A stretch of DNA of 63,251 bases, the filler included, from Bigelowiella natans CCMP2755 (Eukaryota; Protista; Cercozoa), in assembly GCA_000320545.1 (NCBI GenBank). It is 5 parts of 5 records of this genome, joined end to end, with 100 filler letters (N's around TTAATTAATTAA, not from the genome) between each part and the next. Parts side by side here need not be neighbours in the genome. Positions count along the whole stretch, not along the records: positions 13,744 to 37,009 come from ADNK01001974.1; 4 more parts are not named here. One strand, 5' to 3'. The position numbers and the translations under genes were made by a program. The notes under the pieces are model-generated. The model saw only the letters and a list, made by a program, of their open reading frames with translations, was not told where the DNA came from and did no database searches. This document shows, one piece after another, positions 23,120 to 34,387 of the stretch. Each line of letters begins with the position of its first letter. Within the stretch, counting starts at the first letter, position 1.

Positions 23120-24319
23120 AAGGTGCACACTCTAGCACACAACACCCCTCTTTTGTGGGTGTAAGAAGGTTTGGGAAACAAACAAAAATCAGAGCAGCTA
23201 CTTGGTGTTCAAAATGTAGGAAGATCCGTGCGAGAAGGGAGGGCCCACGAGTTACATGAGACGTGTACTCTTGCGTGACTTGGAGCAACGTTTCCTTCAT
23301 TTGTACATCAAAGTTTGTTGAAAAAGGTGCATTATGGAATGGTATCACAAGGAAATAAAATATAGATTCTTCTATAGAAACGGTGCCCAAATTAACTACC
23401 CGCCGCTGTATACTGTGGCGTTCTCCCTGCTTCTTGTTCATGCCTCTTGTTTCTCTCTTTCTATTCTCTCCCTCCCCCTTCTTCTTTTGTTGCTCAATAC
23501 TCTTCGTACATGATCTGCCTTCGAGAGCGTCTTGAGGATGTACCGCATATCTTTCGACACAATATGGAGCGCGCCTCCCTTCCCACCCATCCACCGTACG
23601 TCACTGAAGTTAACACTTAAACAAACAGAGGAAATGAATGTTAATACCATTAAAAAGACTGATGCTCCATAATATCATCTTGCAATTCAGTTCAATCATG
23701 GAAATAAAATTACTTTTCCTTGAGAAAGTCGGCTTCGATCGAAAAGTGACTCCTAATATCTGCGAATAATCTCGGTGAATACATCTTCACCACCGCAGAG
23801 CCCACCTGATTGTAGTGGTGGCGTGAGCCAATGCAACTGTAATTATGAGGCGCACAGCCTTCAAAATTTGAAAATGTTGAAAACTACTCTCCGAGTGCGG
23901 AATTGGGATCTTCTCTGAGGTAGACATTACATGAAATTGTGCGGGTGTCTCCGGGATGTTTTCGTCATTTTCCTGATCGGGGGAACCGGAGATGGTGGTG
24001 CCTAATCAGTGACAGCAATGAAGACAATGGCGACGGTGACAAATACTTTAGAAGCAACGAATCCCCATTTCGCAACGACACGAATCAGAACGTGAATGAT
24101 TCTGCGAAAGCACCAGACAGTCTCTCACTGTTTTGCAATACACGAAACAGGCAACAGGTGGGAAATAATGCGCTTGTTATTCGATGCAGCCGCTGGCCCA
24201 GAAGAATCGTCGAGCCTGCCATGCTGCTTTTGGGGCGGGGTCCACTTCGAGCGACGTGCACAGGGGCAGGGCGTATGACATTTCCGGGATTTCCTTCGAA
24301 AACCGGGATTTGATGCCAT
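21599..24319 (-). CDS. Phosphatidylinositol phosphate kinase (PIP5K/PIPK family), multi-exon
   Basis: PIPK motifs in the expected order: MYSPRLFADIRSHFSI, GGKGGALHIVSKDMRYILKT, SLLARIF, IVMNNWF..LYDIKG, FLRGKGLMDYSLIL, YVGLIDFLQ/DWNMKKKIA..STEPPSFYADRF. Start approximate. Confidence 0.88.
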
Positions 24320-24775
24320 TACATGTATCTCGGAGAGATATCTCGTGCTTTTTTTTTTCTCCCCAAACCAAAAATCCTCGAATTCTTGATCCTGCAGTCG
24401 TTAGAAAATGGGGAAAAAGCCCCTTGGAAAGCAACCTGCACCTTAACTTCCGTCGCGAATACCCTTGTCGCATGCAAGAAATATGGTTGATTTGACACAT
24501 TATTTTGTCAGGAAACAAAAAGCAGATCGATCTCCAGGATCTCCCGCCTAAAAGAGGAGCCAACCCAAAACAGGAAGAAGACCAAAAAGTGTCGAAAATT
24601 GGACTACGATCGATCGTGAAGACCGAGGATTCGTACTCAGGAATGTTGGAGTCATGTTGTCGTTATAAGATAAAAGATGGACATATTTTGATATTCGGAT
24701 GTTGGAGGTGCTCGGAATTTGCGTCTGAAAACTTGTCCCGCTTTTTCTTTCCCCTCCCCTGCTGTCTAACTGACG

Positions 24776-25393
24776 ATGGCCGCTCGCAACTCTTCCATGC
24801 TCCCTGTGGTGCTTGTCCTAGCATCTGCAACTTTCATGCTTGCACTTTATGCATCCAAACCGTCCACTCCACTTCAGCTCAATGCTATTCGAACTAGACC
24901 ATCTGCTGGCGTAATGATGAGACCAAATTCTCGATTTGTAAGCAGACCTTCAGCAGCTGCTGCGTTGAACAGTGCTGACATTCGCCCAGCTATCTTGGCT
25001 TCAAGAGGCCAACAATGCGTCAAAGTTAACGACATTGCGACAATGTGCGGTAAGATGGTGGTTCTGCGCTCACCAACCGCTGTGAGAGCTGCCAAGAGTG
25101 ATGAATTGGACGCTGACAAGCTTATCGAAGACCTTACGTCTAAGTTCGATTCGATTGAGAACAAGAGCCAGGTCGCTATCTATGGCGGTGCCTCCATTCT
25201 TGCTCTTTTGCTTGCAAACGGACTTGTGACTACGATCGATGCCATCCCAGTCCTGCCTTACTTCATGAAACTCGTTGGTACCGGGTACACGTCTTGGTTC
25301 GTCTACCGATACCTTCTTTTCGATGATTCTCGTAAGGAGCTCCTCGAAGATCTTGAAGCCATCCGCAAGAAGGTTACTGGAGAATCCCAATAG
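24776..25393 (+). CDS. CURT1: CURVATURE THYLAKOID 1 (CAAD-domain) protein with bipartite plastid-targeting leader
   Basis: The C-terminal ~95 aa match CURT1/CAAD (KFDSIENK..YGG..L....LV..IDAIPVLP.FMKLVG.GYT.WFVYRYLLF..SRKEL..D). The N-terminus is a hydrophobic signal peptide followed by an Arg/Ser/Ala-rich transit-like region. Intronless. Confidence 0.92.
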   Translation: MAARNSSMLPVVLVLASATFMLALYASKPSTPLQLNAIRTRPSAGVMMRPNSRFVSRPSAAAALNSADIRPAILASRGQQCVKVNDIATMCGKMVVLRSPTAVRAAKSDELDADKLIEDLTSKFDSIENKSQVAIYGGASILALLLANGLVTTIDAIPVLPYFMKLVGTGYTSWFVYRYLLFDDSRKELLEDLEAIRKKVTGESQ

Positions 25394-26699
25394 GATGCGT
25401 CCCGGAGGAACAAGATAGTATAGCTATCTTTGTGACAAGCCTTGGGGCGCCCCATTCCATACATATCAGCGTTTTATTTCAAGGAATGAGTAAACACACG
25501 CACCCACGATTTACAGGGCAGAAAACAAACTGTTACAGATACTAGCATTTGGAAAGTAATCGCATCATTAAATTGAACGATTAACAAATGTCACTGCTAC
25601 AATAAATTCATTCATTACAATTTTCAGGACATGTTGACAACACAATTCAGCTGCATTTATTTTAAAAAATAATATTGCGCAGTTCCAATGCAATGGACAA
25701 GCTACTTGTGAATCGGCATATCTAGTTGTCCAGCGACGAGCGCAGCAAGTGTACCGCCGTCTGCATGCAATAGCTTGCACAACACTATAGAACATGAGAC
25801 TTCAACAGCGCTGTGCTGTGTTCAGCAGTACGCCCGCTGCTACATGCGCACGCTAGCGCCGAATGAAAAGCTTCTAATGACAACATGTGCGTTCGTGTGT
25901 TTCACAATGCTTGCATGGCATGTCAGTCTCATCTAGTCATTCTAGCATTGTCGCTCGATGATCGCATGCGATGCGCATCGCATATACGTCTAGATACTAT
26001 AGACATACGTATATATTATATATATCATAGATGTGTACATACATGACAAACAACGACAGTGCTAGAGTGGCTTCACCCAATGTACCAATGCAAGCCATGC
26101 ATGCGTGACGACCAATGCAAAATGTCTAGAGCGCAGTCGCCAGCGCATGAGCATTTTGTCCACCACGCACGCATCGTCTGACTACGTCCACGCCCACGCT
26201 TCACCTGCGCTGCATGTACGTCGCACGCACGATGCTAGCACACTAGCAGCGCATGCTCGATGTGTTTACAAGTTTGGTATTAGCTGGTATACATCATTAG
26301 CAAGCTGAACGTTCAGGGCAGAGTTGGCACCGGCGGGCACATCGCACAGCAGTCTGTCTATATAGCCGCTCAATTGTTAGCATGTGGCAATTTCGCGCTA
26401 GCTAGCCATCACATGCATGTGCATGCCCACGTACACGTGCGAGCTCTGCTGCGTAGTGTGAGCGACAATGATAAGATGCGAGTGGCGTATGAAGAACACA
26501 CGCACATGGACAATGTGTTAATACTACTCTCGGTATACGGTGAGCGAAACTACAGACTGAGTTTTTCTACATGTATTCTCGTGCTGCTTTCACTGTTTTA
26601 TCGTTTATTTCGTTTCGCGAGGGGTCATCGTATAGCATGAAGATAATGAAGATTGTAAATTATTACGGCTAACCTAGTGTATCATTCTCGTTTGCTTCC

Positions 26700-28239
26700 T
26701 AGTAACCCTTTTTGTTCATCAAAGCCATCTTGAATGCCTGTGGTATTTGGGGATGATATGAACTTCACTCAACGTATTATTAGGTACGCTGCGTGTATAT
26801 TCTGATGTCTAACATCGGTATGTGTAATCCTTATCATCATCATCATCATTGTCATCATATTATTGTCAGTTATCTTACGTCTGATGAAGCTGCCGTCACT
26901 CTCTTTTTGCCCCTTCCCACAGCAGAAGGAATATGCGGTCAACCCTGATAGTTCGTTGATTGTGTGAGCGTAATGACGATGTGCGCAGGGTGGTTGCTGG
27001 TGATGATGTGTCACAAAACTGCGGGATCATTCTCCGGCTGTGAGAATGACTATCGTGCGGGACAGAAACGTGCAAATTGCGACACTGACTGAGCTACCCA
27101 GCGACAACACAGACACTGTTTAATGTCGCATGATATGAATACGTGCAGAATGCTTATGCAAAGCAAAGCTGCCCGTTACTCTTATCATCATGTAGACGAC
27201 GACCTGCAATGAGTGTCATCGAGCATATTCCAATGACGAGGCTGAGCGCTTTTCCAAAGCCGGAGCCACCCTCATCTGTTGTGTATTCTTGCTCATGAAG
27301 AGAATGCAGAAGGAAGCATTGCAAAGTTAGGTAGTACACTGCCATGTAAGTTACCTGATGTGCTCTTCGTGCCTCCGCCATCCGAGCTGCTGTTGACGTC
27401 CGCAAACGGGGAGTCAGTTCTTACCTAATCATCGTATAAAGGAGGAGAACAGAGCAGTAAGAGCAGCAGTCAAGCCTTGCCCGTATTATGCCCGTCGATA
27501 TCATCGCCGTCGTCGCTCTCTCACCACCCACCGTCGTCTTTACCCGCACAACACGAACAACACGAACTGCAAAGCGGATATGAACACCTGCGAAATCGCC
27601 TGCGCGGAGTTGAGCGTCCACCCGTTTCGAGTGAAAAATGCACTTGGTCCCGTTTGCAGGTCCACAGAGGCAGCCTGTGCTTGCGCGGAAGTGTTGTACG
27701 TTGCAGCTACGTCCAAGCTAAGAAGGGAATGGGAGCACAAATGGAGAGACAAGTCAGGCTCATGGCCGAGTTTTACCGCATAGTGGTAGTAGTAGTAGTA
27801 GTATTTGGGGGGGGGGGGGGGGGGGGTTAGAGTTGTGGCTCGTTCTTGCTTCCCATCGCGTCGCAAGACTTCATTTTTTAAAAATAATCCAAGAATTTCA
27901 ACTGCCGCTACCATTCTACTTCTGCTACTGCTATAAAAGTTAAAACAGCAGCAGCAGCCGCAGCAGCAACAACATCTACTCAATGCTCTTCAAAGGCGGT
28001 CACGACGACTACTACTAGCGAGAGCACTCCTACCTGATAGTGCTGTCGATGCAGGAACCCTTGACTGAAACTTCTCCGAAAGCTCCGGATCTATGCAACA
28101 TTGTCTTGATGCTGCTGCTGTACTGAGCCACTAGTGCACAGCGATAAGAGGAATTATGAGGAAAGGGAGATTGTTGCCGTCAGTAAGGATGCTGCACGAA
28201 TTAAAAATACAAACGCGCGCACACCCACACACATACACA

Positions 28240-28292
<53 letters not shown>

Positions 28293-28311
28293 TAATTATA
28301 GAAATATAAAT

Positions 28312-28381
<70 letters not shown>

Positions 28382-28490
28382 ATGTGTGTATTTGTGTGTT
28401 TAGTTACTCGATGAGCAGGAAACAGCGAATGATGCGAGAAACTTCACTATTCTTTGAGATTCAAGTCCTATCACCTACCACACAAAAAGG
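26700..28490 (-). CDS. Exons of a multi-pass membrane protein (separate gene, or C-terminus of the GH43-like gene)
   Basis: Several hydrophobic exon peptides: AISQVFISALQFVLFVLC; CSYCSVLLLYTMIR; VTYMAVYYLTLQCFLLHSL; KALSLVIGICSMTLIA. Boundaries approximate. Confidence 0.4.
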
Positions 28491-28599
28491 GTAGAAGCAA
28501 GAATAAGGAGCTTATTCGTCTGTGTGACCCTCGAGGCAACGATTATTTAGGATGACGTAATGATAGCATCTTTCACCATCGCCATATGCGTTTCTGTCT

Positions 28600-30293
28600 T
28601 ATGTTTGACGGATTCGCATTGGGGGTGCAGCAAGTACCGGCGTGAAGGTCGCCCAGTCGTTTCCTATTGATGTTATCAGAGATGAGGTTGGGGAGAAGGG
28701 AAATACAGCGATGGCGGATACGACGACGATGATGACGATAATAAATATTCTCACCGTATTGAGAGTTTACGGTCAGGTAGCGTTCCTTCCCAAAGCCGCC
28801 TTATATACACGGTGCACAGATACACGTGAAGTACTCATTAAAAGCGCGGGAAAAGGCCAATTGGAAACAAATGGACACGCTCGCATACCGAATTACGTGA
28901 ATGCAGACGTTTCTTCTGACATCGTCTGACTCATAACATGCACACGACAGCACACAGCTGTTGTTTCTGCGCGCACCTGATTTGCAGCCCATGGAAAGAG
29001 CGACAATAGTAGTTCCTGGGGGAATTTGTTTGAGGAGAAGAGAAGAGGGGACGGGTAGGAAGGATGGAAAGAGAAAGGCAAAATTGAATAGGGGGTGATT
29101 ATGTACCACCAGGATCATCATTATCATCGTCATCGTCATCGTCATCGTATAGGTCTTCACGGGAAACTAGTAATATTCAAGAGCTAACTAACTGCACCTT
29201 CCAGAGCGAGCCTTGGCCGCTCACACGTAGGGAATGTGTATGAGGTTCTGATTGGCGTGCATGTGGTTAGAAAAGCGCAGCAATGAGACACTCCCAACGT
29301 ATTAAGAAACGATGGCTGGCGGGTCGATCATCATCTCTATCACAGTTCTCTTCGAGGATGCAAACTTGCAGGAGATCCTTTTTTTAAAAAATTATTTTCA
29401 TCATCACCCGTCGGAAAAGGGCATCTTGTTCTCGAACACGGTGCCAGTCATTGTCTGCACAGCAACCGCCATCGCAACAAAAGCACATATCCGTCAAAAC
29501 AACAAAACGAACGAGAAAGCTGGTGGCTTTGACGCCCTCGCCGCTGCCTCAAAATTAGCTGAGCTGTTGCTATCCCCACCCAGGCTTCGCCGGTGAAGTT
29601 CCTCGAATAGGCGTGTGATATAGAGTTGAAGTGTTCAGCTTTGTCGGCATCTTTGATCTGTGCGGGTTGGAATAGACAGTGCGATTCACGACGTTAAAGC
29701 GGCCGATTGTACAGAGGGAACACTGCTGTCGTGTTGTGTGTGTCGCCCTCTCTCAGTTGCAATGACACTAATGCTGCTGCTGAAACTACTTCTACTACTA
29801 CTACTACTACAACTCAATTCGACAACAAATCTGCCTCTGCCTTTTTACTCCTCCTCCTCCCCCTCCTCTTCTTCTTCTTCTTGTTCTTCTTCTTCCTAGT
29901 CTCTCTTGCTGATTGATGGTTGTGGCCAACTCACCATGTAGGTGAAGAGTGCGTGATAAACTCCGTCCTCATCCTTCCAGAGGAAGGGATCTTGGACACC
30001 TATGTGTCGGTGGAAAGAGGCCGGCCATGACTCAAGATACGCGATACACAGCAAGGTGAAAAAGTTGTTCTGCCGTTTTGAATGTATTCGCTACCCTGCG
30101 GGAGCTCATACTTATCTCCACCGAAGATGTTGTGCTGGCTGTACTCGTAAGTGCCAGAATTGCTCCAATCTGTAGCTGTCGCTGTCAGCATGAGGCAACC
30201 CAGGGGTAGAATAGTAAGAGTGTGTTTCCCTTTCAATGTGTGGGCGTGTGTGCGTGTGTGCGTGTATGTGCGAGCGCGTGCGTGTGTGTGTGT

Positions 30294-30346
<53 letters not shown>

Positions 30347-33081
30347 ACTTCCATATGTTCTTGTATGTGCACTTACCAGTGTGTATCACGGAGCATTTGG
30401 TCTGAGGTGTTGGGCAATCAACCTGCAGAGCGTTGTTACATTTATGAGATTAACTCACATGCTCACCCCCCTTTTACCAGCAGCCAACCTCCCGACCCTA
30501 ACCCCCCCCCTCTCATTCCCTCATTTCATGTACCCATGTTCTCCAAAGCGCCTTCAGGCTGCCATCCGATTCGATGATCGGCGAGAAGCTTGCATCCATC
30601 GCTGACCCCAATTCTACTGGTTCTGAGCAAACGTACAAACTCCCATCATGCTTGTCGTCGTCGCCATTGGCGGTCGAGTGCTTCGCGGTATCATCAGCGG
30701 CGCAACACGCGCGGCACAAGAAAAGGGCGAGCGGTAGGATGCGCTCGATCTGAGCCTTCTCCGTGCAGCATGAGGAGCAAACGTTGCAGATTTGTCTGTT
30801 GAAAAATAGCGAAGAGACACGCTGCAGCTTCCCCCCACCGAGAGTGCAACCCATCGATTTCTTACTTACATCTTTCTTTTATTGGTTCTGGCCATCAAAC
30901 ATACCTACGAGTTCGGTTGGAGTTGACCAAGAATTTTCATCATCGGGGGAATTCGTCCATGTCATATACGTCGGCTGGTTGGAGAGACCTTCACACGTAT
31001 CATAATAATAGAGAGGAACAGTAAGAACAACAACAAATAGCATTGCGCACAGCCCGCTGGGCTTGTTGGATGTACACACATGTATATATTAGAAAGCCAC
31101 GAGCAACAAATCATAATGTGCCGAATTAACAATAGGCATATTCATATTTGACGAAACAGCGAATTCCCGAATAAGATGTCCCCTCGACCAAAAAATAGAC
31201 TAATTCGAATGTGCAAGCTTCAAGCACGACAGCGATAGCGAGCGGATATTTGAGCCAAAACAAATTCCAAATCGTCGCCGCGCGCAGGCTGATACTACCG
31301 GGAGTCGTGCCAGTAGCGGGACACCAGCCCCATTTTATTGCAGATCGCTCTCCCAGGTTGCTCGCTCCGGTGGAACAGTCACACACGATACCTACGCGAA
31401 CCAAAAGGTCAGAGTAATAGACAAACTTACACACACACACACAGACACATATTATACTATTTACATATATAATTTGCAGTTTATTGGCGGAGAGTCAGGC
31501 CAAACAACACTCAGATCCGACACACAGCGAATCGCAAATCGGCTACTACTACTACTATTACTACTACTAGTAGTAAGCAGTATGCTCTTTTCAGGATGTG
31601 GGATGTACAGTCTCATTTTCTGCTTACCGTCGTTTACAATCACACTGCCGTTGACCTAAAATTCAACCAAAAAACGAGTTTTAACAAAGTCGAAAGATGG
31701 TCTTCATCTAAAATGCTTTCGTTCACCCCCCCCCCCCCCCCCCCCTCATCCCTCTCTACAAAGGGAGCCGCTCCTAAGTAGCCGGGGATATCATAAATGT
31801 CGATAGCAGTTTCGAAACGGATGAATACCTTTCCGCTGAAAAACATCACGAATTCACCGGTCGGCGCTCTCGTCACGCGAGACTCGAATGCCATAGGGCT
31901 GCCACCCAAAATGCGGCCTTTGAAAGTGTACGGTCCTTCTGGTTCGGTGGCCGTTGCATGTACTATCGCACTATTACGGCCTGAGGGTAGGTGTAGTTCT
32001 GTCAGCGCCATTTACTCGCATGTGCCTCCTGGCACTCGTAGCATTCCACTCACGCATCGATGCGACACAGCTACGATCATAACTCATCGCCTACCCCATG
32101 AATTGAGTCCGCATTGGTTGACAAGCTCCGAAGCCCACATGTGCCAGACACCTGCCAACGGAGTAGTTGGGGGGGGGGGGGGGTTGAGTGAGATCTTACT
32201 TCTGGATGACGCCAACGAGGAAAAGACTATAATAACAAAACTTTTGTGAATAATTCGAAAAGCATCCATCATAGTCACACGAGCCGGCGTTTCTATGTGT
32301 GTTATTGGCTTCAAGTACCAGCATCATCCTTCACTATCGAGCCTCCCCACGATGCCGACGAATCGGGTAGTCTTGCAAAAAATGACGCAGGTGTCAGTCG
32401 GGCAGTTTGGATGGTGACCACGTTGAATATACAATCGCAATATCAACAAACAGCTTCTGGCTGCACGCACTTGTTAATTTACACATATTTTGGCGCGGTG
32501 CACACGCATAGAGTCGTTCGATTTCTTCCCACCTATTGTATCCGATCACACTCTTATCGACAGCTTGAAAGGCTATTTTTCCGCACTTGTCTCCGTGCCT
32601 GGTAAGTATTGGGCAATCCGCGTAAATTGCTGGTGTTCTTTCCAAGTATACTCATTCACTATTGGTATTCACTATTCCTCTTTGGAATGTAATATATTGT
32701 GTCGTCGTTTCACACCCGCTGATTGGCCGATGATTAGTCTTCAATAGGTGTGTATTTGTTGGGGGTTTTACCATCCATCGAAGCACGCACACCCTCCTGG
32801 GATGCAGTTGCCATTGTATGAGCAGTCAGCGTCTACATTGTAGAGAATAGTGCCGTGATTCAGTAAGGGAGATGTACAGGACGAAGTTTTCCCTGACATG
32901 CGCCTCAAACATCACCACTGCTTCTAATAATTATCACCCAGCTCCTACAATGACCCATCTCTATTTATCAGGGACATCTCACGCTTAGACCTGTAGAGCA
33001 GGTCGCTGGTTGGAGAGCATTTGTGGAGGCGTCGAAGAAGAGGAAAGCCGATATCACCGATGCTACGAGAGCTTTGTACAT
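28600..33081 (-). CDS. Secreted EGF-like + GH43-like (five-bladed beta-propeller clan) putative glycoside hydrolase, multi-exon
   Basis: Signal peptide MYKALVASVISAFLFFDASTNA at 33081; EGF-like CST/DADCSYNGNCIPGGCACFDGW/HGDKC; then SSASWGGS, WHMWASELVNQCGLNSW, NSAIVHATATEPEGPY, RAPTGEFVMF, VQDPFLWKDEDGVYHAL, HAYS..W and CERPRL. 3' end uncertain. Confidence 0.8.
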
Positions 33082-33281
33082 TGCGATCTGAAAAAAGGTG
33101 ATTACTTGCATTTCGGCCCTGTATACTCACGTGCTGTATGCCGAGTTGGAGGATGAGAAGGTGCATCGTCTGCAGGGAGGGCTGGCAATTCGGATGTAAC
33201 GGGCTTGGCTGGCTCACATTTGATTTCGTTCAGATTGAACAACGCTATGCGGCAAATTCAGATTCCCGAGTGGGGGAACTC

Positions 33282-33325
<44 letters not shown>

Positions 33326-34010
33326 AGAAAAAGAGAGAGCGCGTGTGACACATAGCAAAGGCGAAATGACTAACCTAACTTGTCTGGTACAAGTCTCTAG
33401 GCGAAGGGGCGGGGCGGGGGGGGAGCACACCACTAGCAGCTTGCAGAGCCAACTAGATACGAATTCTTCGATGTGTTAAAACCGGTAACCGTATTAGATT
33501 AGCCCCAGGTATCTTCACCTGCAATATCGGTCAAAATCCAATGGAATCCATTTGAAAATCGCACAACGACAATCCGATTTTGGTGATTTACCCACAAATT
33601 GCCCCCCAGATCGGGAGCGGAACGGTGGCCTTGTGCTGCAGAGGATGGGCAGTACGGGCAAATCCAAGGGGAAAACGCCTGTCTGCGACATGGTGAATGG
33701 GCATAAAATCCTTGAAAATTCCCCGTGCCTATGTCAAACAAATCTAGTTTTCGCGTTTCGACAGTTACCTCGCTCTCCCAGTGGTGCCTACATTGGCGCT
33801 CGTGCATGAGCATGCATGCGGCAAGCTGTCGTACTGTGCTCCAGGTACGTCTTGTCCTGACACGATTTTGAGGTTAACAATGTGTTTCGTGAAATGCTAG
33901 TAGATGCATGAACGTGCCAACCAATCACTGCAAACAAGAAAAAAGAAACAATGTGCGTTGATCGACTGCATTTCTAACAAAGTGCAAAGGCGGCTAGTGT
34001 GGTAGCTGTA

Positions 34011-34336
34011 TGTTGCGCGTAAGGTGTTCACAGGCCGAGGCGCTACGTGCACAAGTAGGCAGGGGGGGGGAAAGGCACGTTTGCTTCCTTTTGAAGAGTT
34101 GTGTTTATTTTTATTAAAGATTATATTTTTATTAAATCGTGCACTGCGTAATCATTCGCGAAGCTTTCGCGAATGCCGCCGCACGTGGGGCAGCACACTT
34201 CCGGTGTGCTGCCATGAGTCCCGCCGGAACCCACGTGCCTATGCTGTATTAATATCTACGTTATCTATATTCTATATCCGCGACAACCCCTTTGTTGTCG
34301 CACGTGACTTGTGCCCGCGTAGTGGTACGCGCTACA
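34011..34336 (-). repeat. 3' LTR, 326 bp
   Basis: On the minus strand it begins TGTAGCGCGTA at 34336, directly after the polypurine tract. The other end reads TGTTGCGCGTA on the plus strand at 34011, giving an 11-bp terminal inverted repeat with 1 mismatch and TG..CA ends. AATAAA signals lie inside on the minus strand at about 34105-34133. The partner LTR is not in the window. Confidence 0.8.
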
Positions 34337-34387
34337 CCTCCCCCAAGTCACGTTGCTCCTTCCTTCCTTCCTTATTCCCTTAGACCT

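Noticed and set aside
24005-24130. Hydrophobic stretch near the PIPK 5' end suggesting a GPCR-PIPK fusion
   Set aside because: At most one hydrophobic segment, frame unresolved, and no room for seven TM helices before CURT1.
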